DNA from: the human T2T-CHM13v2.0 reference genome, Homo sapiens
Reading direction: 5' to 3' (one strand)
Length of the DNA: 64,000 nt
Assembly: GCF_009914755.1 (NCBI RefSeq)
Contig: NC_060925.1
In this document: positions 1 to 14,072 of the stretch, piece by piece
Layout: every line of letters starts with the position of its first letter
Position numbering within the stretch: the stretch's first letter is position 1
Translations under genes and position numbers: made by a program
The notes under the pieces: generated by a model
The model's database searches: none
The model's input: the letters and a program-made list of their open reading frames with translations, nothing else
What the model was told of the DNA's origin: nothing

Positions 1-1780
1 TTTATGTCAGCAGCTGTATCACTTTATCTTAGAAATACTTGGGTTTTCACAGTATCAACACAAATCATATTCTGTTGCTTTGTTTCTGGAAAGTGGTTAA
101 GCAACTGTATAAAAGTCATAGGAAATTAATGACTCACATAACGGAAACCATTTACTAATGTGACTTTTGTCTCAGATGCCAAGTAGTCTGAGTTTGTTTC
201 CATGGTAACCCATCAGTATAACAAATGGTCGCAAACTAACTTTGCTACTTTTTTGGTTGTTTGTTTCATTTGGACAGCTTTCTGATAGCTGTGTGTGTGC
301 GTGTGTGTACACATTAAAGATTATCACACACAAAAAAAATCTGAGTAATTGCCTTAGTTGCACAAACAAAACCTTTTTTTAGAGAGATTGTTTGAGAATC
401 CAAGGCTATTTTGATGTTACAAAACGATAAAGATTACTTAACATATCTTTCTACTTCAGTTCCTATTAAGAAAGGGCACACAGTCATCAATTTTTAAGCC
501 CATACATTTAAAAAATTCATTTATAATATTTGTTTATTTGAAATGTATCAATCATAGGAGACTCTGCCAGAAACAAGGCAGAGAGAACGGGAAATGAGGA
601 CACTGTCTTGGGAGACTGAAGACTGAGTGAATGATGGAAGAAGTGGAGGCAGCCAGCTCTTTCCTGCCCCTCCCTGGGGGACAGTGCTCTAGGGTAGGGA
701 AAAGAGGACACTGAGAAGGGAACCAAGGCAGGCCTGGTCATATGGGACACCGAGTTGCAGAGAGATTTCTAGAGGAGGTAATGACAAAACTAGATGCGTT
801 AGAATTAAACTGGTGAGTGCGGGAAGTTGAAAGGAGAGTGGATGGAATAGAAGGGAAAGAAAAAATCATGAACAAAGGCATGCAAATGAGAAATAGTGTG
901 AAGTAAATGGGAATGACAAACAATATAAGACAGAAAGAAAGGGTCAAGAGATAAGACTAAAGACAGACAGGGGCTTAATCATAAAGAGGCCCCATTAAGG
1001 AGGTTGAACCTAATCCTATAAGAGGAAGCAGTGAAGGATTTTAAACAGAAATGACATTATCAAGTTTGTATTTTAAAAAGAGTTCTCTGGTAGCAATGAG
1101 GAAGATAGATCTGAGCGGGGACCATTAAGGAGGCTGTTGCCATGCTTCAGGGAAGAGATATTGAGAGTCTGAATTGTGGTGGTGCTAGACACAGGAAAGG
1201 GCTTGATTTACAAATAGGAAGTAACACAGGCAAGAATTGGTAGCTGGAACCAGTCATTTGTGGCCCATGCCTGACTTCAGTTATTCATTTGGTCAACAAA
1301 TCTTTATTGTTTCCTGTGTTTGGCAAATGATTAGTGTTATGCTGTACTCTTTCCCACCTTCATCATTTCTGGATTTCTTCTCCATTAAGGATTCTTTGTT
1401 TGCACATCATGAGGTAATTAATAGACAACTGCACTTCGCATGGCTCTAGTTCATCCCAACCTGATCTCTTGTCTTGGCTTATTTGACTTTCTTACTCACA
1501 TAAGAACCTGTTTCAGAGTCCTAGCACATTTGTCAGTCTACTACTTGGGAGGCAGTATCTATGTGTTCGGATAGGGGCTTATTGCCCAGGAAGTGAATCA
1601 GAGCTTATTTGTGTCTTCATTGGGTGGGACTCTACGGGTCATGAAAAATATGTACAATAGGTTCCAGTGTATTTCGTCTGTATACTTAAATGAGGGGAAC
1701 AGGACTCTGGGATGGACCACCTACAACAATGTGAATAACATTTGAACTTTGCAGATTTGGAAATGGTAAGACTTAGTCTA

Positions 1781-2605
<825 letters not shown>

Positions 2606-2752
2606 TACGCTCCTGGGCAAACCATTTGACTAGTCAAGCTGGTAGGTTACTTACTAGCCTGCTAGGAAGTACCATGATAAACAGATGTCAGAGACCTAAA
2701 GCCTTATCTAGAGGCTAGGACTACTAGGTGGGTTCACCAGTTAACATGTTGA

Positions 2753-3110
<358 letters not shown>

Positions 3111-3464
3111 GAGGACTTAGATTTTTAAGTTCTCAGTACATGCATAATAGTTAAGTCCATCAGAGTAAAAAAAATGAGAAAGCCGCCAAGGACAGAAGCT
3201 TGGTGGACATCAACATTTTAAGGAGACAGGAGCAAGAAACTGCAAAGAAATAGTCACATAAATACCAAGGACAAGAATATTGTAAGAATGTATAAGAAGG
3301 GTCAAGTATGATACTAAAAAATTACCCTTGGATTTGACAATTAGTTACTTACTCATGAGCAGTTTCAGTGGAATTGTGCGGGGTAGAAGCCTGATTAAGA
3401 GGGACTGAAAAGTAACTGGGAGGTGAGGAGATGGAAAATGTCTATACTGTAGAGACAGTTCTTC

Positions 3465-3665
3465 AAATTTCAGTTCCAACCTTTCCTGCTGAGTGACCTT
3501 TGACAAGTCACATAATTTCTGTGTATCTTAGTTCCTTTATCTATAAAATGGAGTTAGTAGTACCCTCCCCATATAGTTGCTTTGAGGATTTAGTAGTTAA
3601 TATGTGTAATTTTTAATATGTGTATTTATAACAATGCCTGTAATAATAATCACTCAATAAGTGCT
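3465..3665 (+). mobile_element. MIR
   Basis: gtgacctttgacaagtcacataatttctgtgtatcttagttcctttatctataaaatggag MIR core. Confidence 0.7.
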
Positions 3666-3804
3666 GTCATCATTATCCTTAGTATCATCATCTTCAGGGA
3701 GCTTGGACCTGAAGGCAGAGTGATAGTAAGTAGGTGAGGACATGGAATTGTGGGAAGTGTATTTTTTCCCGTAAGATTAAAAGACATGTCCTGTATGAAA
3801 ACCA

Positions 3805-4115
3805 GTTCTCTATCTCTATTTTACACTGTAATTCCAATTACCTGTCCATATTTATAATGCTGTGCTGAAGTTTCTTAATCTCTTGTTTTTTTCCCCAAGC
3901 CCATCAAACTTAATGTTGGCTTCCTCCACTCTCTAACTAAACTAGATTAATATTTCTGCTAATATTTCTTTCCTGCTTGTCTGGTTTGTTTCTTAAAAAA
4001 AAATTCACATACAGAGTTCACTTGATTTCTTTGGTTTTTATTACTCAGGCGAAAGCTGCCCTCCATTTGTGCAAATAATAACATATACGATTAGGCATGT
4101 AAAAGCTACTACATT
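3805..4115. repeat. Left arm of a ~311-bp inverted repeat
   Basis: Its reverse complement aligns to 4779-5089 with ~12 differences by hand count. Confidence 0.97.
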
Positions 4116-4240
4116 ATAAGGGCATTTAAAGTATTTATATATTAGTATTGCCAAGGAATTCCACTTATTTCACAAACAAATGAAATGTGACAGTCATGCT
4201 GCTGTACTTCAGCCTGGGCAGCAAAGCAAGACCCCATCTC

Positions 4241-4778
4241 AAAAGAAAGGAATTAAGGGAAGGAGGGATGGAGAGAGGGAGGGAAAGAATAAAGAGAAGG
4301 AAGAAGGGAGGGAGGGAGGGAAAGAATGAAGGAAGGAAGGAAGGAAAATGTAGTGGCTTTTACAGAGGGAGAGAGGGAAGGAGGGAGGGAAGGAAGGAAG
4401 GAGCGAGCTTTTACAGAGGGAGAGAGGAGGAAAGGAGGGAGGGAGGGAAGGAGGAAGGATGGAAGGAAGGGAGGGGGGAAATGTAGCAAGTTTTACATGC
4501 CTAATTGTATGGAGAAAGGGAGGGAGGGAGGGAAAAAATGTAGCTTTTACGGAGGGAGAGAGGGAGAGAGGGAGGAAAGGGAGGGTGGGAGGGAGATGTA
4601 GTAGCTTTTACATGCCAAGGGAAGGAAGGGAGGGAGGGAGGAAGATGTAATAGCTTTTACATGCTGGAAGGAGGGAGGGAGGGAAATGTAGTAGCTTTTA
4701 CATGCCAAGGGAAGGAAGGGAGGGAGAGAGGGAGATGTAATAGCTTTTACATGCTGGAGGGAGAGAGGAAGGGAGGGA
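4241..4778 (+). repeat. GA-rich polypurine tract (GGAA/GGGA) with interspersed ATGTAGTAGCTTTTACATGC-like units
   Basis: Read directly; follows a 3' Alu fragment at ~4195-4247 (tgtacttcagcctgggcagcaaagcaagaccccatctcaaaa). Confidence 0.95.
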
Positions 4779-5089
4779 AATGTAGTAGCTTTTACATGCC
4801 TAATCGTATATGTTATCATTTGCACAAATGGAGGGCAGCTTTGGCCTGAGTAATAAAAACCAAAGAAATCAAGTGAACTCTGTATGTGAATGTTTCTTTT
4901 AAGAAACAAACCAGACAAGCAGGAAAGACGTATTTGCAGAAATATTAATCTAGTTTAGTTAGAGAGTGGAGGAAGCCAACATTAAGTTTGATGGGCTTGG
5001 GGAAAAAACAAGAGATTAAGAAACTTCAGCACAGCATTATAAATACAGACAGGTAATTGGAATTACAGTGTAAAATAGAGATAGTGAAC
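4779..5089. repeat. Right arm of the ~311-bp inverted repeat
   Basis: aatgtagtagcttttacatgcctaatcgtatatg...taaaatagagatagtgaac is the reverse complement of 3805-4115. Confidence 0.97.
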
Positions 5090-5730
5090 AGGAAGTAAGG
5101 GAGGCAGGGATTAGGACTTTGCTTTTTAAGATACCATCCAATTTTCATGTTAGACAATAAAGAAAATTCTTAGTGGGTTTTTTTTTTTTAGCAATTAGGA
5201 AAAAAAGGCATCTAAAGTTATATACTTCTGTTCCCATTTTTAGATTATTCAGTACTTGACAATGTTTTTGAATTTGTTTTTATTTTAACAAAGTCATAAA
5301 TACTAATAATTTAGAGTCTAAGTTCCACAAGGCATATTATGGAAAAGCACAGTCCCCAACAACCGACCTGTTTCTCACATGGCCCAACAGGGAAGGAGCC
5401 AGGAGAATAAATGCATCAGCTTCCCTCCCCTCCTGCCCTCTATCCTTGCAATGTTTGTCACTTTAGCACAATCGGAGGTAGAGGGCAAGGGAGCTTGGTT
5501 GATGTAATTCATAAGACTGGCCTCCTGGACCACAGAGAAGGGTAGAGTGAATCTGGAATGATAAAATATCAAGCCCACTAGTTTGGATTTCCATGAGCAC
5601 TTTAATTCCCTGTATGCTTTTTTTAAAAATATAGCATCCTATTCCTGTATGGTAGATGCAGTTTCTTTTTTATATCACTCAGAAATTTTTTTATTCTTCA
5701 AGCACAGGCTCTGTTTTGTTCAAGTTGCTA

Positions 5731-6028
5731 TTTTTCTGTTTTTTTGTTTTTTTTTTTAAGACTGTATCTTGCTCTGTCACCCAGACTGGAGTGCAGTGGC
5801 ACACTCATGGCTCACTACAGCCTTGAACTGTTGGACTCAAGTGATTCTCCTGCCTCAACCTTTTGAGTAGCTGGGACTACAGGTGCACGCCACCATAAGT
5901 TGTAAATTTTTTGTTGAAACAGGGTCTCCTTTGTTGCCCAGGCTGGTCTCAAACTCCTGGCTCAAGGGACCCTTCCACCAGCCTCTCAAAGTGCTGGGAA
6001 TACAGGCATGAGCCCCTGCAACCAGCCA
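5731..6028 (-). mobile_element. Alu (J-like)
   Basis: Antisense Alu consensus with T-rich tail. Confidence 0.9.
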
Positions 6029-6953
6029 AGTTAGTTTTTTTCTATTCATCTTGGTTTCTTTCATATTAAGAGACTTTCCTCACTTATCTGCCCATATTTA
6101 ACTATGAAGCACTAAAAGTTGATTAGGAGCTCTGTGTATGTGGCAGGTGCTTGTCATCTCAGATTTTTATTGTAGGCTGATTTGGCTGGCTGTGTCATTG
6201 GGAACCCTCAACATCTGTCTCATGAAATCTTTTCTTTGAGGCTGGTTGGATTCCCCAGAGAATATTCTTCCCACATTTTGAAGAACAGGTGCCTGGTTCT
6301 GGCATTGTGAGAAGCCAGGTTAGGGGAAGAAGGTTGGAAGTCTCAGCATTAAGTCATCTTTCATTACCCCAGCCAGCATGCTTTTGTGCTCTTTGTGCTC
6401 TTTCTGATACCTGCCCTCACTTCAGGCTGTCCAGAGATCCTTCTGTTTCATCTTATCAGGAGAATACATCTCAGTCATCTGCAGGAGTCAGGGAAGGAGA
6501 GGTCTGCAGTCTGACTATTTCCAAAACAGTTTTTGATCAATCCTCTGCTGTGTCCCTCCTTCATTCGACTTCAAAACCTGTTTAAGTTTCCTTCTCTTGG
6601 CTTTTACTATTGCCAGCATGAGGTTCAAATTTCCTCAGTATGCTAAACTAGTTATCACTTGTCTGTCTGTCTCTGGCCACTTATTTTTGTCTCTAGTTCT
6701 CTTTGTCCCTGTGAGATAATGCCTTTGCTTGTTTTTATTTAGTAGGTTTGGGGAGGGAGCAGAGGCTAATACATGCACTCAACCTGCCATGTTTAACTAT
6801 ATATTTGTATATAATTTTGTAAGAAAAGTAAAAGAGTTTTATTGTAAATGTTATTTCTTGATATCTGATCATATATCAGTGGTCTCAGTGACAGCAACAA
6901 CCAAGCGCCTTGATGCTCAGTGGACCCTGAAGGGTCCAGGACATCAGTGTTTA

Positions 6954-7394
<441 letters not shown>

Positions 7395-7849
7395 TCACAG
7401 TTTTTTAAATGTATTTATTTTTGAGTGTACAGGTTAGCAACTGCCCTCCTTACCAGGGAGTCCTCCAGCTGCCTGACAAGTACCTCCAGGTCCATCCTTT
7501 GTCAAATAACACTTATCTCGCCTGCATTGTGACCATACCAATAAATTACACCCTGCCTGGATTTCAAGGGAGACTCCACTGTGAACCCACACATACATTC
7601 TTCATATCATGATTCATTAAATCACTTAAGGGTTCCTAAGGAAAAAAAATGGCCAAAGTTATCATAGTAGAACTGGTGGTAGAATGCATGCCCTCCTCTC
7701 CCATTTGTGTGTCTGTTTAGAACATAAAAGTAAACAAAAGTGCACATATGACACACAAATACATACTTGATTTTTAAATTATGTTTGCTTTTTTTTTATA
7801 ATTCCTGTTCTTGGATTTCTGTGTACTGATGGAGAAATCAGAAAAACCA

Positions 7850-8190
7850 GGCCAGGTGGCTTACACCTGTAATCCTAGCACTTTGGGAGGCTGAGACAAG
7901 AGTATCGTAATCCTGACACTTTGGGAGACTGAGACAGGAGTATCACTTGAGCCCAGGAGTTTCAGAGCAGCCTGGATAACATAGAGAGACCCATCTTTAC
8001 CAAAAATACAAAACTTGGTTGAGTGTGGTAGTGTATGCCTATGGTCCTAGCTACTTGGGAGGCTGAGGTGGGAAGATCTCTTTGGCCTGAGAGGTCAAGG
8101 CTGCAGTGAGTTGTGACTGCACCACTGCACTCCAGCCTGGGTGACAGAGTGAGAGCCTGTCTCAAAAACAACAACAACAAAAAAAAAACA
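7850..8190 (+). mobile_element. Alu (J-like) with 38-bp internal tandem duplication
   Basis: Alu consensus; duplication at 7869-7906/7907-7944. Confidence 0.9.
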
Positions 8191-8721
8191 ACTGATAGAT
8201 CGTAATAAAAATCTATTTTATTCCCTGAGGCAGCTATAAGTTTGACTGCCTGTCACATTCACCACAGCAGTTTTCCTGTCTCTAAGCCTTTATCTAAATT
8301 TTCAACTCACCTACCAGTCCTATCACTCCGTAGACATGACTTATTACTCCCCTAAGAAAATCAAAACTGTTCAACCTGGGCTCTCTTGCCGTTCTCTTTT
8401 GCTTTCTCTAGTTTTCTCTTTATTTCATCTGTTATCTTTGTCTCTTTCCTATGTTAGAGGAATGGTTATCTTTTTCTAAGGCTGAGCACCCCCCCACCCC
8501 AATACCTACATACGACAGCAGAGAGAACAGTATGTACAAAGGCCTGGGAGCTTGAAAGAGCAAAGTTGTGGAAAAATACAGATTCTCCTTTGTGGACAAG
8601 TGGGCTTTAGATTTAAACAGGCCTAGTTTGAATGCCAGTTCTTCTCTACCACCTCCTACTTAAATGACCTTGAGTTCACTTCTCTCATCACACTTCATTT
8701 TCCTTATCTTTAAAGTGACGA

Positions 8722-9005
8722 GGCTCACGCCTATGATCTCAGCACTTTGGGAGGCCGAGGCAGGTGGATTACCTGAGGTCAGGAGTTCAAGACCAGCCTG
8801 GACAACATAGCCAAACCCTGTCTCTTAAAAACACAAAAAAATTAGCCTGGCGTGGTGGCAGGTGCCTGTAATCCCAGCTACTCAGGAGGCTGAGTGAGGC
8901 AGGAGAATTGCTTGAATCCAGGAGGCGGAGGTTGCAGTGAGCGGAGATCACACCACTGCACTCCAGCCTGGGTGACAGAGGAAGACTCCGTCTCAAAATA
9001 AGTAA
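8722..9005 (+). mobile_element. Alu (S-like, slightly 5'-truncated)
   Basis: Alu consensus; TSD-like taaagtga; inserted in a MIR. Confidence 0.92.
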
Positions 9006-9535
9006 AGTGAAGAAAATGCCAGCTACTTCACAAGGTTGTTGGGAGATTTCATAGCATATGGTAAGCTCTCAATAAATGGTAGCTGTTCTTGCTGTTATGG
9101 CTGGAGTAAAACTATGACAGTAGTTCATCTTAAAATAAGAATTTGCTTATTCCTAGAATAAGCATTTGTTCATATTTATGCCTCTTGCATTAACTATGAA
9201 TATAATCCCTACAAGGTCAGGAACTCTGTCCTCGTCTTTATGTTTTAAACATGTACCACATGCGCAGCATATAAAGTAAATGTACATTATGTGTTGAATG
9301 AATGAATGGTGTAGCCTAATGTATATTTTGATTGAATTGATAAGTAAATTCACTTTTTTTCCAGTTTCCTGTGGATAATTAAAACCTTCCAAAGATTTTC
9401 AGATCACATTGTTAGGAATTTGCTTCCTTCCTGCTACACTGTTTACAAATACTGGCTTTTAACACATTACTTTTGCATGTTAGACTTGAGTGAAAGTATG
9501 GGTGTGCTTTTTAACATGTCATCAATAATAGTTAA

Positions 9536-9688
<153 letters not shown>

Positions 9689-10261
9689 TAAAAATAGCCT
9701 ATTACTTCTTCCCTTTCAGAAACCATAATTAGTTCCGTAGTCACTGGCTGGCTTTGTTTATCTCTGCTTTATCTGTTTCATTAGAACTGTATATGCAGTT
9801 TCACTTCATGCTCGCTGCAGTAATTAAAATACCATGGCAAATATGATGAAGAATCTGAGGTTATAAATTAAAATTATTATTCAAGAACCTTCATCTCACT
9901 GTCACTATACGTATAAGTATTAATCTTACTTGTGTTAGTTTGGGGACTGTATATATCTATATCCACTATTTGTTAAATTCCTAGTTTTTATTAGGCATTG
10001 TTCTGGGAACTTTATGTGTAATATATCTAATAACCCTGAAATTAGGTGTTATTTTCTCCATTTTCAGGAAAACCAGGGCTCAGAGAAGTTACTTGCCCAA
10101 ATTTACATAGTTAATAAATGGCAAAGTCGGGACTCAAACAGAGTTTTCTGACTCCAAGTCTGTTTTCTTTCCTGTATATTTTCTTTCCCAGTATTAGGTT
10201 GAAGCAAATTACCAATAATCTAAAAAAAAAATGGTAATTTCATATGGTTCAACTTTCTGTT

Positions 10262-10308
10262 TGTGTGTGTGTGTATGTGTTTGTGCGTGTGTGTGTGTAT
10301 GCATGTGT
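10262..10308. repeat. Imperfect (TG)n microsatellite
   Basis: Read directly. Confidence 0.9.
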
Positions 10309-11225
10309 TTTACTTACCAAAATAATACATATAATGGTCAAAAATTAAATAGAGAAGAAGGATTTAGAATGAAAGCAAGAGTCTCTGGCCTTGCTCTTTT
10401 CCACGCCAGTTCTGCGTCCTTGTCAGTCAGAATACCATTGCCATGGTATTTTAAGTATTACATAAAATACTTAATATAATATACTAAATAATATTTTAAG
10501 TATTATATAAAAGAAGCCATAAAAGAAAAATTAGTAAACTCAACTATATAAACATTTTATGCATTACAAAATATAACATAAAGTCTTAAATTAGGGGAAA
10601 ATAGTCACAAATTGTGACAAAGGACTACTTTCCTTAGTATAGAAAGAGCACTTTCAAATAAATTAATTTTAAAAATCAACAACCATTTAGAAAAATAGGC
10701 AAGGGGCAGAATAAACACTTGGCAAAAAAACTATAAATAGCTTTTAAACATAAAAATGTGCTCAATCTGACACAAAACTACAAATAAGATACCATTTTTT
10801 ACCTATAAAGTTGACAAAAATGAAAAAGTTTGATAGTGTGCTCTGTTGCCTAGGACACAGGGAAGCAATCAGTGACCAGCCAGCAGTACTATTCCAGGCA
10901 CTGGGAGGACAGTGGTGAACTGGAATGAGTTCCTGCCCCCAGGGACTTTACTTTCTGGATGGAGTTGGGGGAGGTGTGATAGGGAAGACAGAGACCATAG
11001 TAAACATGTAGCCAAATAAGATTATTTGAGGTCATGATAAGTTTTATGTGTAGGAAACAATTCAGTAATGGAGAATAGCTTGGGCAAAGGAGATTATTTT
11101 AGAGAACTGAGGCAGGAGTCAGTGAAGACTTCTCTGAAAGGTAACATTTGAAGAAGGGGCAACCATGTAAAGGTCTAGGGAAAGGCCATTCTAAAAGAGT
11201 AGGACCTGAAAGCAAAAAAGCCCCT

Positions 11226-11978
<753 letters not shown>

Positions 11979-12014
11979 GGCCCTAAAGTATAATAAACAT
12001 GGAGATTATTTTAA

Positions 12015-13125
12015 TACTTCTGATATTAATGGACTAGCTTGTTGCAGACCACTGCTCCCTCTGAGAACTATTAGAAAAGCTAGACATAATATCCAAAACA
12101 GCCGCTTGAAGGCATTGGAAGCTAGTGAGGTAGTAAGGACTTGAGAGGCTTAGAATCCATAGAGGAGGGAAGCATAGAGATAAGCCTGACATTTGGCATT
12201 GCTTTTACCCTCAAAGCATTTGCTGATTTGCAAGTAGTGGCAAAGAAACTGAGCACAAAAGAATGGCTGAGCAGCGAAGACACTGAGTTGAGATTGCAGC
12301 AATCTTAACAGGTCTAAAGGAACAAAAACCGAAATCTGGGGACAACCAAAGAGGAGGGGCCTTGATAAACACCTCAGGCTTTCAGTTGGGACTCACTCTC
12401 TGAGAGTTTCAACCTAGTAGGAAGAGTGTAATACACACAGATCAGCCTTACAAAGACTGAAACCCAGCCTCCAGTCCGCTCAATCCCTTCTTGGATGAAG
12501 GTGATCTGCCTCTTCCTTACTACTTGCCAAAAGCAAATGTATGCCTTCTCCTATATCACATCACTCTGAACCTCAAATTATTTCTTCAAGTTTTCATACC
12601 CAGTTATCAAGCATACGAAGAGACATGACTACATGACCAAAAATCAAAAGGAAAAATATGATAAGAAGAGACCCATGGAAGATACAGATTTTGGAAAGAT
12701 CAAAGACAAACTTTTACAATAACTATAATTAGTGAACAAGATGGAGAATTTCATCAGAGAACTAAAATTGTTTTTTAAAAAAGCAGCAAATTAAATTCTA
12801 AAACTGAAAAGTACATTAACTAAAATTTAAAGCTAAGTAAATGAATAAAACTTCAACAGATGGATTTAACAGCAGGTTTACCATAACTGAAGAGAGCATT
12901 GGTAAATTGGAAAATAGAAGAAAATATTCAGGCTAAATCACAGAGAGAACAAGGGTGGAATACACAAGAAAGAAGGTAAGACATGTAGGAGACAGTAGAA
13001 AGGTCTAATTGTATAAGCCCTAGGAGGAGAGACAAGTGAGTGTGGCTGAGAATCTTCTAAAACCAATCAAAGATATCGAACCACAGATTCAGAAGTACTG
13101 TGAACCCTATGCAGTGTAAACAGCA
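12015..13125 (+). mobile_element. Old L1M 5'UTR/ORF1 remnant
   Basis: A-rich ORF1-like segments (gaatttcatcagagaactaaaa; aaaatttaaa; gatggatttaacagcag; cacagattcagaag). Confidence 0.6.
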
Positions 13126-13746
13126 AGTCTGGCATGTTTAAATGACAAGACCAGCCTGGCTGTGGCGTGGGAAACAGAGAGGCAAAGTTCTTGGTAGTGG
13201 GATTGGACGCAGTAGATCAGGCCGGGCCTTATGAAGAGTTTAGATCTAATTATAATTGTAAGTATTGGAGGATTTTAATAAGGAGAGACATCATCTTCTG
13301 TAAGATCACTTTTGCTGCTGTGTTAGATGAATCACAGAGACCACTTAGGTGGTTTGTGTTAGTTGAAGGGAGAAGTGCTTATGTTTTGAATAGAGTTAAA
13401 ACATATAAGTGGTCATTATTGTGCAGCCAGTTATCCAACTAAAAATAGAGGATTCTGTTACTATGGAGTGGGGGATATGGATGATTGGGATATGACTAGC
13501 ATTCTTTCTACAGAGATTGAATGAAGGAATAGATCCAGCAAACGAGAGTGAGGAGTTGCCAGTGAAGTAGGAATAAAACCAGGCAATTGTGGTGCCATGG
13601 AAGTTTAGCGAAGAAAATGATGCAACAAAGGAGGTGGAGTGGCCAAGTGTGTCACCTACTACTGAGATGTTGAATAAGATGAAGATCGGGAGCCTTTGGC
13701 TTTAACAAAATGAAGATCATTGGTAATCTGAAGAGCTATTATAAAG

Positions 13747-14072
13747 GGCCGAGTACAGTGGTTCACACCTGTAATCCCAGCAATTTGGGAGGCCGAGGAA
13801 TGAGGACTGCTTAAGGCCGGAAGTTTGAGACAAAACTAGGCAACATGGCAAGACCCCACCTCTCCAAAAAAAAAAAAAAAAGAGAAAAAAAAAATTAGCT
13901 GGGTGTGGTGGCACGCACCTGTAGTCTTAGCTACTCAGAAGGCTGAGTGGGAGGATCTCCTGAGCCCAGGAGTTTGAGGTTTCAGTGAGCTGTGGTCATC
14001 CCACTGCACTCCGGCCTGGTTGATAGAGAGAGACCCTGTCTCTAAGAAATAAAATAAATAAAAAATGAAAAA
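13747..14072 (+). mobile_element. Alu (J-like)
   Basis: Alu consensus; TSD-like aagagctatt/aagaactatt. Confidence 0.9.

Noticed and set aside
4345-4810. CRISPR-like repeat/spacer appearance
   Set aside because: Eukaryotic intron, degenerate repeats, low-complexity purine spacers and no cas genes; better explained by slippage or template switching
4187-4918. Overlapping G/R/E-rich and P/S/L-rich ORFs
   Set aside because: Translation artefacts of the GA-rich low-complexity tract
3805-5089. Functional link between the intronic hairpin and neighbouring HENMT1 (small-RNA methylation) as a dedicated system
   Set aside because: Nothing in the sequence ties them together; eukaryotic adjacency is not evidence of a shared pathway
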